64,000 nt of DNA from Selaginella moellendorffii (lineage: Eukaryota > Plantae > Lycopodiophyta): positions 2,375,245-2,439,244 of the forward strand of contig NW_003314271.1 of NCBI RefSeq assembly GCF_000143415.4. Direction: 5' to 3'. Within the stretch, counting starts at the first letter, position 1, and each line of letters starts with the position of its first letter. Made by a program: the position numbers and the translations under genes. Shown here one piece after another: positions 51,630-63,376 of this stretch. Under the pieces are notes generated by a model, which searched no databases, was not told the origin of the DNA, and was given only the letters and a program-made list of their open reading frames with translations.

Positions 51630-54600
51630 ATGGCAAGGGCAGGGCGTAAGCGAACCCAGGCGGAGACAGAACCTCCGCCAGAGCTGGAGCCTCCGGTCGA
51701 ACAAGAGGCTATGGATGAGGAATCCTTGCATGAGGAGGACTCTAGTGAGGAAACTTCCAAACAGGAGTCCGGTGGCGAGGTTCGGTCGTCCAAGGCTCGA
51801 TTGGACGTTCTAGAAGGTCAATTGGCGCAGACCAATGCCCTGCTGGAGACTCTCGTACGCAAGCTAAAGCGTGACGAGAAACGGAAGAAAAGGCGAAAGA
51901 CTGCGGATGCTGGCAGCGCAGAAGGTGCGGACCCTTCGGCAGGGACTGAGGCAAAACCAGACAAGGTCGAACAGACCGAAGTGGAATCAGTCCCTCAGGC
52001 AGTTCCCAAGTACAAACCAAAGCCCCCACCGGTGTTCAAGGGAGTGAACGACTATAAGGTTGTGGAGGATTGGTTTTACGATATGGAGGACTACTTCCGA
52101 GCGTTACGGTTACCGAGCTCGGAGAAGGTCCCATGTGCAAAACCATACTTGGCAGATAATGCCAAGTCTTGGTGGAGAACAACGGAGGCCAACGAAGGAC
52201 CGGTGGCCACCTGGGACATGATGAAGGCGAGGATCCGCGCGACATACGTTCCTCCGAATGCCACTCTGCATCTGAGAGATGAGCTGAGTAGGCTGAAGCA
52301 GACTGGAACCATCCAGGAATATGTGAATGGGTTCATGGCAAAGAGGATACTTGTCACGGACATGGGGGATATGGATGCGTTCCATGCCTTTATATCAGGT
52401 TTGCAAACCTGGGCTCGCGGTGAGGTGATGCGCTGGAACCCGACCAACTACAAGGAAGCGTTGGATGCGGCCATCAAGGTGCATTTCAACGATAACCTGC
52501 GAAAGGGGAACACGACGGGGTCGGGATCCACATTTCACAAAGGGGCCAAACCGAGGGGAACATATAGCAGGGGGAAATTCAAGAAGAGTTTCTCTAAGAA
52601 TGAGTCCTCGGGATTTCGGAAAGGCAAATCCGGTGGCCAGCGAGCAAGTACGTGGGGGAGTCAAGCGAAAAGAGACAAACCCACGGATAAGAAGGTCAAG
52701 TCATATAGCAGCGTGGGAAACAACGTATGCTATAACTGCGGTGAAGCGGGACACTTTTCAAGGGAATGTCCCTACCCGAAGAAGGCCAGAGCCAATATGG
52801 CCATCAAGTCGGGCGAAGTCCAAAATGAGGTATGTGATCCAGTCCCTAACTCAAAGTTACTCATTACACGAGCAACTTTGGTAGAGAGTCGTTCGCGACA
52901 TCTACTAGCCCTCCGAGGGAAGCTCGGAGGTAGCTTTGTTAAGATCCTTATTGACACGGGTGCTTCGGATAATTTTGTGGCTGCAGACATAGTCCGGCAA
53001 GCCGGACTAACGGTGCAGCGGCTAGGCGAACCAAGGACTATAGAGTTTGTTCAAGGTAGCCAAAGCACCGATGAGGTACTTCGACAAGCGAAAGTCGAAG
53101 TAGGGACTTGGAAGGTAGACATGGATTTCACCGTGTTGGACATGGCGGGATTTGACGTGATCTTCGGAATGGATTGGTTCAATCGGTTCGTGGTAGCCCT
53201 ACATGGACAAGGTAGGAACCTTGTGGTACTGGCGAATGCCCAAGGAAGAAGATCTAGGGTGGAAGCCCAGGATCTAAAGGTAGGGCAAAGCAAGGCCAAA
53301 GAATCCTGCTTAAACCTGGTGTCCACGAGAGGACAACTCACTAAAGGAACTAAGGCAGCCTTTTTGTGCTTACTCTCGGTGAAGAGTGACAAAAAGACAA
53401 GAACGGAAGAAGTGCCTTTAGTGATCCAGCGGGTGTTGGACCAATTCCAGGATACCATGCCGGAGGAGCTACCGGCGGGGCTGCCCCCAGCACGACCGAT
53501 AGAACATAAGATTGAGCTGGTCGAGGGTGCTGAGGCAGTGGTTCGTCCCCCTTATCGTTTGAACGAAAAAGAACTCAAGGAGCTCAAGTGCCAACTAGAG
53601 GAGTTGGTGGACAAAGGGTATGTTAGGTTGAGCAAGTCGCCGTATGGGGCGCCGGTGTTATTTGTGAAAAAGAAAGATGGATCTATGCGCATGTGCATAG
53701 ACTACCGCTTGCTCAACAAGTATACAAAGAAGAACAAGTACCCTTTGCCAAGGATTGAGGACCTGTTCGATAGGTTGGGAAAGGCAAAATACTTCTCGAG
53801 GATTGACCTAAGGTCAGGATACTACCAGATCAGGGTAGCCGAGGAAGATGTCGAGAAGACAACCTGTCGAACGAGGTATGGGAGCTTTGAGTTTCTGGTG
53901 ATGCCCTTCGGGCTATGTAATGCGCCGGCAACGTTTTCGGCGCTAATGAACCACGTCTTTGTACCCTATTTGGATCGCTTCGTGGTCGTCTATATCGACG
54001 ACATCCTGATCTATAGCGAGACGCTAGAAGAGCATGCCGAACACTTGGCGAAGGTGTTTGAGAAACTAAGGGAACACAAGCTGTATGCTAAAGAGAGCAA
54101 ATGTGACTTTGCTCAACAAGAGGTAAAGTTTCTCGGGCATGTGGTGGGCCAGGACGGGCTCAAGGTGGACCCGGAGAAGGTCCAAGCGATCCAGGAATGG
54201 GAGCGACCATCGAATGTACATGAGTTGAGGGCGTTCCTGGGGCTATGCAACTACTATCGAAAGTTTATCAGACACTATTCGAGAGTAGCCCTGCCCTTAA
54301 CGGACCAAACAGGAAAAGGGAAGATGGTATGGACAGCAGAATGCGAGGCGGCATTCGTCCACCTCAAAGGGAAGTTGAGGAAGGCTCCCGTATTGGCATT
54401 GCCAGACTTTGGTAAGGACTTTGAGGTAGAAACGGATGCTTCGGACTTTGCGTTGGGCGCAGTTCTGAAGCAAGACAACCATCCGGTAGCGTTCTTCTCG
54501 AAGAAGCTGGACAAGGCTCAACGGAAGTGGCCTGCCCATGAGAAAGAATTGTTTGCGGTGGTCAAGGCACTCAAGGAGTGGCGACACTACCTTGGGAGAC

Positions 54601-56397
54601 ACTTCAAGGTTTACACGGACAATGTGGCGACGAAACACTTCTTGTCACAGCCCGACCTAAGAGGGAAACAAGGTCGGTGGGCCAATGCCTTGGCCGAGTT
54701 TGATTGCGAAATTCTGTACAAGCCTGGGAAGAGCAACATCGTGGCGGATGCGCTAAGTCGAAAAGCGAGCTTGAAGTTGGCAATATCCAGCGCAACAGCA
54801 ACCTTCTGGGACGATGTGCGGACAGCATATGAGAACGATGGTCTAGCACAAGAAGTGTTGCTGAGGAATCTAGAGGCGCGGGAAGCTCACCAGAGAGGTG
54901 AGCTGCCAACGGAAGAGAAAACGGGCTATGCGGAACGCAACGGACTCATTTATTACAAGCAAACGAGGGTGTATGTTCCAGAAGGGGAACTAAGGAAGGT
55001 GGCCTTAGAAGAGTGTCATGACGGACCTCTTGCGGGACACGGCGGAGTGCCCAAGACGATGGGCTTACTCAAGAGGAAGTACCATTGGCCAGATATGGCT
55101 AAGGACGTCCAAGACTATGTAAAGACATGTCCAACATGTCAGCAGGTCAAAGCCGTGACTAAGGCTAGTGGGGGCTTGTTGCAAAGCATCCCAATTCCAG
55201 ATCGCCCGTGGAAATGTCTTACGATGGACTTCATCACGGGACTACCCCCAAGCGAGGGGTTTGATGCGATATTCGTGGTGGTGGACCGATTTTCAAAGAT
55301 GGCACATTTCATACCCACCACAACGGACGTGGATGCGGAAGGTGTGGCGAAGCTGTTCTTTGAACAAGTGGTTCGAGTGCGGGGAAGGCCGGAAGAGATT
55401 ATCTCAGATCGAGATAAGATCTTCACTAGTAGGTTCTGGAGGACACTCCTAGAACAGTATCGCACCAAATTGAAATTCAGCACAGCCTATCACCCACAGA
55501 CAGGTAATGGGTATTAAGTCAAGATTGATGGCACTAACACTTCTTGACAGACGGACAAACGGAAAGGGTGAATAGGCAGCTGGAGGATTATTTGCAATGC
55601 TATGTCTCGGGAGACCAGACCGACTGGGTAAGTCATTTGGGACTTGCGGAAATGTGTTATAACAACTCACCACACTCAAGCATCGGGGTGAGTCCATGGG
55701 AAGTCATCAATGGGCGAGCTATTGAAGGTCCTGTGGAACTCGGCGTGGCCGAGTATCATGGAGAGTTACCCGCAGTGGAGGCATTCACGGCGGAAAGACT
55801 CAACATTTGGAATCTAGTGAGGGATTCCTTGGAACGGGCTCAACAAAGGCAAACTAAGTACGCGAACCAAAAGCGTCGGGATGTGGAGTTCCAAGCTGGG
55901 GAGAAGGTGTGGCTGAACACCAAGAACCTCAGACTACCAAGCTGGATCAGCCGAAAGTTGACCCAAAGGTAAAGACGCATGTATTCCTGTAAATGAATTG
56001 ATCTTGAGTTCCTTAAGCAGGTTCGCGGGGCCTTATGAAATTGAGGCACGAATCGGTAAAGTGGCTTACCGACTCCGACTTCCTCGAGAGATGGGGAAGA
56101 TGCACCCAGTGTTCCACGTGAACTTACTCAAGCCGTACTTTGAGGATCCGCTTCGCAAGGACCAAGTAAGACCTTTACCTGAGGTTATCCAAGGGGAAGA
56201 GGAATACGAAGTCGAGGCCATCCTCAATGCGCGCAAGAGCAAGCGACAAGGACGCGAGGTGAGAGAGTTCCATGTGAAGTGGAAAGGATTTCCACACTGC
56301 GAAGCAACATGGGAACCGGAGGAGAACCTAGCGAACGCACGAGATCTAGTGGAGGAATTTCTGCATGGCAGAACTCTATGTACTTATGCAAAGTTCA
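51630..56397 (+). CDS. Gag-Pol polyprotein (Gag, CCHC, protease, RT, RNase H, integrase, chromodomain); predicted exons 51630-55503, 55551-55968, 56021->56397 (gap)
   Basis: [47 protein letters not shown], chromodomain [25 protein letters not shown]; removing two GT-AG segments restores a single frame. Confidence 0.9.
55504..55550 (+). other. Predicted spliceosomal intron 1 in integrase (47 nt, phase 1)
   Basis: CAG|GTAATG...CACTAAC...TTGACAG|AC; removal gives [12 protein letters not shown]. Confidence 0.85.
55969..56020 (+). other. Predicted spliceosomal intron 2 in integrase C-terminal region (52 nt, phase 2)
   Basis: AAG|GTAAAG...TTAAGCAG|GTT; removal gives KLTQRFAGPY. Confidence 0.85.
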
Positions 56398-59300
56398 NNN
56401 NNNNNNNNNNNNNNNNNNNNNNNNNNNNNNNNNNNNNNNNNNNNNNNNNNNNNNNNNNNNNNNNNNNNNNNNNNNNNNNNNNNNNNNNNNNNNNNNNNNN
56501 NNNNNNNNNNNNNNNNNNNNNNNNNNNNNNNNNNNNNNNNNNNNNNNNNNNNNNNNNNNNNNNNNNNNNNNNNNNNNNNNNNNAGTAAAGCAAGGCTATC
56601 CAAGGGGAAGAGGAATACGAAGTCGAGGCCATCGTCAATGCGCGCAAGAGCAAGCGACAAGGACGCGAGGTGAGAGAGTCCATGTGAAGTGGAAAGGATT
56701 TCCACACTGCGAAGCAACATGGGAACCGGAGACATGGACAACAAGTCGTAGGATAAAACGAGACGTTCGATGTGGGCATCGAACTTCTTCTATGGGTGGT
56801 GGAGTTGTAAGGAACCGACTCCCCGAGATGTCGTAGGCTAAAGGATCCCCAAAAGCTTGACCGAAGTGACAAAGAGTTCATCGGATGGGACCAAGTCGAG
56901 GATCAAGTCCAAGACCGACTCTAGGACCGAGTTCGAGATAGAGTCCGGAATCGAATCCGAGACCGACTCGGGGACCGAGTTCGAGTCCGAGTTCGAGACC
57001 GAGTTCGAGACGGAGTCCGGATCCGAAATCGGGTCCGAGACCGAGTCCGAGGTCGAGTCCGAGGTCGGGTCCGAGATCGGGTCCGAGATCGAGTCCGTGA
57101 TCGAGTCCGAACCCGAATCCGAAGTCGGATCCGAAATCGGGTCCGAGATCGAGCCAGAGACTAAGTCCAAATACTAATACGGGTCAAGGGGTGAAAGCCC
57201 AAAGCGTGCGTCTCCCAGGGGGGGGGGGCTGCAGGGGGTTCCAAAAGTATAGTAGGGATAGTGAGGTCCAGGAACCAGTTTAGAAGGGACTCTCCAGTTG
57301 GGCTTCCAAACCGACTTGAGGTTGGGACTGGGACCGAGGGGCCTTGGGTGGGAGTGAGCATGGACTTGGCTGGTGCCGGAGGGGCCATCCAAGGAAGTGC
57401 TCAAGAGCAGCTCCCACTCCCGAAAGGGAAACCGATTGCGGTGCTCCCGGCTCAGGTGGAGTGGTGCCCCACTTGAGTACCTTGTGGCTCATTGGTCCTC
57501 GCCCTTCCGGGGGCTTGGGCCTTTCCTTCGGGATGGAAGAGGGGGGGTAGAGGTACCCATACCGGGCCGTTAGGCCACGGTGTTTCGCCCCGACGTCCCG
57601 AAGCAAGTGCTGCACCCAAGGCTTGGGATTTAGAGGGTCCCATGATCAAGCCTTGTGATACCTTGGGGTGTTAGGAATCTGGAGGCTTGGTGTGCTTGGC
57701 TGCTTGTGCCTGCGGGGAGTGTAGCCGAACCTTAAGTCCAGTCTAACCCGGGGAGGGGGATTGGGAGAGATTTGGGAATCCGTAGATGGATGGCTAACAC
57801 TCCGTTGCTCGTGCAGTAAGTAGTTGAAACCAAGTAGGAGCTGGCACCAAAGGCGAGAACCTTGGCGAGGGAACTTAGCACAAGCCAAGGCGGAGTTGGT
57901 CGGATAGGCGAGGTAAGCTGGCAAATTGGAAAGGAAAAATTTGTGGCTTACAATGGCCTACATAGTGAGAGTATGCGGCAACACTTGCGTCATTCTTAGC
58001 CTACAAAGAGTTTGGAGGAGCTCTTTGATGCAGCTCATCAACTTGACAATGACAAGCACAAGTCTTGCAAGCGTTTGCGGAGTCCTTCTGTCAAGAATTG
58101 TCGTGATGATCGCCGTGGACACAAGGATGGGAACAAGGATCACAAGTTGAAGTCAGTGGTGACTACTTCAGATGCAAAGGGGTCCAAGAAGCAGAAGTTC
58201 TTTGTGAAGAATTATAGAGAGGGTTGTCATCATTGTGGCGAACTTGGACACTACAAGGCTGATTGTCTGCAGTTGAAAAACAAGCAGCAGGACAAGAAGA
58301 ATGGCCAATCTTCTTCTCACGGTAAGTCAGATGCTAAAAAGTTGCAAACTTTGCAGCGTGAGGATGAGGAGAATGATCATTCCGGTTGGAGGAAGCGCCT
58401 TTCGATCGTTGCTCGTCAGCTCAACTATGTGTGGAACAAGACGGAGCTCGAGGATATGCGTGAATCAGCTTTAATGCTGGAGGGCGTGTTCTGTAGCGAT
58501 CCAGTGCGGATTTTACTGGATAGTGGGAGTGATGACAACTTTGTTTCGGCAAAGTTTGTTGTGGAGCATGGCCTGGTCACACGCGGCGTTCTTCCATACA
58601 CAGTGGAAGGTGCAGCTACCTCTACTCAGCATTTCGATGCTTGTGTCGAGGGGCTGGAAGTGTTGGTTGGCAAAACCACACTTCTGGAGACTTTTTATCT
58701 CGCGGATATCCATCATGTGGATCTCATTCTTGGGATGCCATGGTTGGTGAAGGTGGATCCAAAGATAAAGTGGAGTATTAAGCGTATCTCGCTGGAGTAT
58801 GGTGGCGTTAAAGATGTGTGGTTTGGCGAGGGTGTTCAACCACCAGTTGTTATGCTCTCTGCTACATCTTTGAAGCGGGCTTGTCGTAATGGAAAAGCAC
58901 TTTCGAGTTTCTTGCTGTTTGTTCGTGACTTGGGGGACCAAGGCACGTGTGGGGGAGAAGCAGCAGTACGGGATGTACTAGATGAGTTTTCTGATGTTTT
59001 TCCATCTGAACTTCCTCATAGATTGCCTCCGTTATGAGGTGTGGAGCATGGGATTACATTGGAGCCGGGGACACGACCAATTTACCAGCGTCCATTTCGG
59101 TTAAGTTATGCAAAGGAGCAAGAAGTTCAACGACAAGTCAAGGAGTTACTTGACTTTGGATTTATTCAGCCAAGTAAGTCTCCATTTGGTGCTCCGGTCT
59201 TGCTTGTGAAGAAGAAGGATGGTTCAATGCGAATGTGTATTGACTACCGCGCTTTGAACAAGAAGACAGTGAAGGATAAGATGCCGATGCCACGTGTGGA

Positions 59301-62082
59301 TGATATCTTGGACAAGCTTGGTGAAACACGAGTGTTTACCAAGATTGATATGAGGAGTGGATATCATCAGATTGCAATAGATGATGCATCTATCTCCAAG
59401 ATGGCATTCAACACAAGCTTCGGACATTTTGAGTTTACAGTTATGCCGTTTGGTTTGACGAATGCACCGGCCACATTTACTCGGTTGATGACGGAGGTAT
59501 TTGGGCGTTATCTTCATGAGTTTGTGGAGATTTTCTTAGACGATATTCTTGTTTTTAGCAAGAATATGGAGGAGCATAGGGTGCATTTGCGCAAGGTTCT
59601 TTTGTTACTTCGAGATAGCAAACTTTATGCAAAGAAGAGCAAATGTGAATTTGCAAAGTTGGAGGTGGAATATCTAGGCCATATTGTGACCTCTCAGGGT
59701 GTCAAGACGGATCCAAGGAAGGTGGCTGTGGTGGAAAACTAGCCTACACCGACTACAGTGGCCGAGTTGCACAGTTTTCTTGGTATGGCTAGTTACTACC
59801 GACGTTTCCAGCATAAGTTTGCAGAGGTGGCTATTCCTTTGACGCAGTTGTTACGCAAGAATATGCCATTCGAGTGGAAGAAGCCACAAGAGGAGAGTTT
59901 TATGGCACTGAAACGATTGTTGAGCGAGACTCTAGTGCTTTGCATTGCTGATCCATCGAAACCTTACGAGGTGACATGCGATGCGAGTGGTTATGCATTG
60001 GGAGGAGTTCTCATGCAAGAGGGACAGCCTATTGCATATGAGAGTCGAACTTTGAATTCTGCAGAGCAACGCTATTCCACATATGAGCAAGAGTTACTCT
60101 CTATTGTTCATGCTTTGCGGACGTGGCGGCACTATCTTTATGGTGCAGTGTTCGTGGTGTTGACAGATCACAAACCACTTGTGTATCTTTTCACATAGAA
60201 GGAGTTGAACACTAGGCAAGCTCGTTGGATGGTCAAACTCATGGAGTTTGGGGAGTTTCCTATTAAGCATCGTCCGGGAAAATCAAATGTGGTGGCAAAT
60301 GCTTTATCTTGTGTTTGTCATGTGACGACGTTACGAACACGATTTTGTCATCATTTGAGTAAGGTGGTCAGCGAGTTTGGGCAGTTGGTTGAGCATGCTC
60401 AGGCTCAGGATGCTGAGGTGGCCTCTTTGTGAGACCAGATGGAAGCCCCTTTCTCATTGGTGGATGGGATTCTCTCCTACAATGGCCGTGTATATTTGCC
60501 ACGGGTGGATGCGTTAATTACTCAAGTTTTATTCCACTATCATGATCGTCCAGAGGCCGGTCATTTTGGGGGGAAGAAGACGTATAAGTTGATTAAGCGC
60601 AACTTTTATTGGAGGAATATGAAGGCTAATATCCTCAAGTATTGTAAATCATGTGAGCTTTGTTAGCGGGTTAAGGTGCCACGAGAGAAGCCGGGGGGAC
60701 TTTTGCAACTTTTACCTATTCCTCAGAGCCGTTGGTGTAGTATCTCTATGGACTTCATCACTTGTTTGCCACGAACACAGAGGCAAAAGGAGCAAGTATG
60801 GGTCATAGTGGATCGGTTGACGAAGTATGTGCGGTTGTTGGCTCTTCGGAAGACTGTCACTGCCTCAGACTTGGTTGCGGTTTACTTGGAGAAGGTTTTT
60901 CCTGACTTTGGTTTGCCGGAGGACATCATTAGTGATCGAGATTCAAAGTTCACCAATGGATTTTGGAAAAGCTTTGCAAAGGCTATGCAAGTGACTTTGA
61001 AACTCTCGAGTGGAGATCATCCTCAGACGGATGGGTAAACTGAGCGTGTGAATCAGGTGGTGGAGGATATGTTACGTTGTAGCATTGGTCAAAGGCAAGG
61101 ATAGTGGGATTTATATCTTCCGTTGGTGCAATTTGCTTACAACAATAGCCAACATAGTGGAACCAAGCTAAGTCCTTACTTTGCCATGTTTGGAAGGCAT
61201 CCTTGAATAGCGGTGGAGTTGAGTTTGCATTTGAGTAAGGACGTTCAAGATAAGCTTGATTCCGAGGCTACTGATTTGGCCACAGAACTTGATGAGATTT
61301 TGGTGGTGTGCAAACGGAATTTGCAAGCAGCTTAGGATAGAGCGGAGAAGTTTACCAATGAGCATCTCCAATTCCGGGAATATAAGGTGGGTGATCTCGT
61401 CTTTGTGCGAGTGATCTTTCCGTCAAGTGAGCGGCAGAACACCTTGGTGCCTTTACGGACAGGGAAGAGTGATAAACTTTCCCATCGATATACTGGTCCA
61501 TATGAAGTGCTGGAGTGCATTGGTAAAGCGGCTTATCAGGTGCGGCTGTCAGCTGGGGTGAAAATTCATCCAGTATTTTATGTCAGCCAGTTGAAAGGTA
61601 TACTATCTCGGAGTGATGGGCCCAGTGCCTCCTTGATGTACACGGCTGTGGAAGATGGACCAGGAGCTTGAGCAGGGTTCCCCAGAAAGGGTGATCACTG
61701 GTACAACTCGTCCTTGGGACAAGGACTTTGTTGGGGGGGAAGAATTGTTAGGCACCAGCTTTGACTACGTGGTCAATGTCGGTCAAAGGGAGGCCCAATG
61801 GTATATTAAGGCATGTTAGGGTAAGGGACTTAACCTACCCTAGGGCTTACAGTGGAGCGGCGGTGTAGTGGAGCTTTTGAGGTAGCTCGGGGGTGGTTGG
61901 GTGGTGAGGAACCTCAAGAGGTGGCGTAGCATAGTCTAGGGCGACTAGATCTTTGTCTTTTTGCGCCGGATCATAACATTTAAGATAAGGAAAGGGCCCT
62001 ACAATCAAGTGATCACCCCTTTAGCCAGTTGGCTTAGGGTGTAAGGGATAAGATCCTAACATCTTATGGAGCGGCGGCGCAG

Positions 62083-62339
62083 TGGAGCTTGAGCAGGGTT
62101 CCCTAGAAAGGGTGATCACCAGTACAACTCGTCCTTGGGACAAGGACTTTGTTGGGGGGGAAGAATTGTTAGGCGCCAACTTTGACTATGTGGTCAACAT
62201 TAGTCAAAGGGAGGCTCAAGGGTATATTAAGGCATGTTAGGGTAAGGGACTTAACCTACCCTAGGGCTCACAGTGGAGTGGCGGTGCAGTGGAGCTTTTG
62301 AGGTAGCTTGGGGGTGGTTGGATGGTGAGGAACCTCAAG
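62083..62339 (+). repeat. Direct duplication of 61662-61918 (pol end, PPT and LTR start of the old Gypsy)
   Basis: GGAGCTTGAGCAGGGTTCCC...GAGGAACCTCAAG present twice with scattered transitions. Confidence 0.85.
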
Positions 62340-63376
62340 GGGATGCGCTACACTCACTATAGCACACTTTATCTCTCTCCCCTTAAGCCAATTGGAAAAG
62401 AGGCAATTGCTTGATGAGAGAGCCCTTAGTGGCTATTTTATCCCTATTTATCCCCCAAGGTTCGAAGGATCCACAGTGACAGTATATCCAAATCTCCCCT
62501 TCAGAGATGTCAATGTCCTTATTGACTATTGACTAAGAACCCCTACTGAGCCAAGGGGAATCAGCACCTCCATTTCTGCACTGAATCTACCAATCCTTCC
62601 ATTGTGTAGACTAGCATCTATGGATACTCCACATAAGAGGAAGGACATATGTATGGATGCACAATACGTACGATTTCAAATTTAGGGGTAGGAATATACC
62701 TTGCTCAAGGGTATATTATATTTTTAAGTAGCCAGTAATCAATGGGAATTAAACCTGTACTATTTTCTCTGATACCAACTGTAGCGCACCTTATCTCTCT
62801 CCCCTTAAGCCAACTGGAAAAGGGGCAATTGCTTGATGAGAGAGCTTTTAGTGGCTATTTTATCCCCATTTATCCCCCAAGGTTCCAAGGATCCACGGTG
62901 ACAGTATATCCAAATCTCATCCCATGATCACATGCGCTACAACTAGTATAATATGGTCATGGCTAAAGAGCTGTGAGTGTAGAATAATTGTAATGTTGTG
63001 GTGAGACAAATTGTATATACACACTAGAAGACTTAAAATGAACATACTATGAAACCTATAGATAAAAGGAAAAATGAAAGGGTATGGACAATGAAGTAAG
63101 AGCCTTCTCTAAAAAATCATTAACTTCAATATAGAGTATCAGATAGCATAAAGAATGCAATAAGCATTTAAAGAAATATTAAATCTAAACAAGATCATAA
63201 TAATAGAAAATTAGAGTTGAAAAAAATCAAAATTAAATCTAAAGAAAAAGAAAGAATAGATAGCATATACAAAATGGAGAATACTACTGAAAATCATTCT
63301 AATTCTGGAAAAATAAATAATTCATTATATTATAAATAAGTAATAATAAGAATTCTAAACAATATTGAAAATTATA

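Larger units (their letters stand above)
50424..57952 (+). mobile_element. Young full-length Ty3/Gypsy chromovirus LTR retrotransposon
   Basis: 1147-bp LTRs 50424-51570 and 56806-57952 (TGTAA..TTACA; one mismatch seen, 51205 A vs 57587 G); TSD ATGGC; PBS TGGTATCGGAGC 51574-51585; PPT-like tract ~56793-56804; assembly gap 56398-56583. Confidence 0.97.
49744..61978 (+). mobile_element. Older Ty3/Gypsy element (gag-pol pseudogene 49797-50423 + 57953-61671), interrupted in gag by the young chromovirus
   Basis: PBS TGGTATTAGAG ~49775; gag FIDG|LHSE continues across the insertion; CCHC knuckle, protease LLDSGS, RT FLDD, RNase H, HHCC and integrase, GPY/F; many point-mutation stops; PPT GGGGGGGAAGAA ~61733; LTR end GGATCATAACA at 49773 and 61978. 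Confidence 0.88.
49466..62941 (-). mobile_element. TRIM-like non-autonomous LTR element (162-bp LTRs at 49466-49627 and 62780-62941) enclosing two nested Gypsy elements
   Basis: Termini TGTAGCGCA...TGCGCTACA; ACTAG on both flanks (49461-49465, 62942-62946); minus-strand PBS TGGTATCAGAG at ~62767-62777; extra partial LTR copies at ~49633 and ~62357. Confidence 0.75.

Noticed and set aside
55504-56020. Programmed ribosomal frameshift or readthrough as the explanation for the split pol
   Set aside because: The breaks are 47- and 52-nt insertions within conserved motifs, with canonical splice signals; frameshifting would not restore the motifs
56584-56735. Apparent second chromodomain in the young retrotransposon
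   Set aside because: Near-identical to 56186-56320 but with single-base indels, and directly beside the N gap. Most likely an unmerged low-quality contig overlap; a real tandem chromodomain cannot be excluded without reads.
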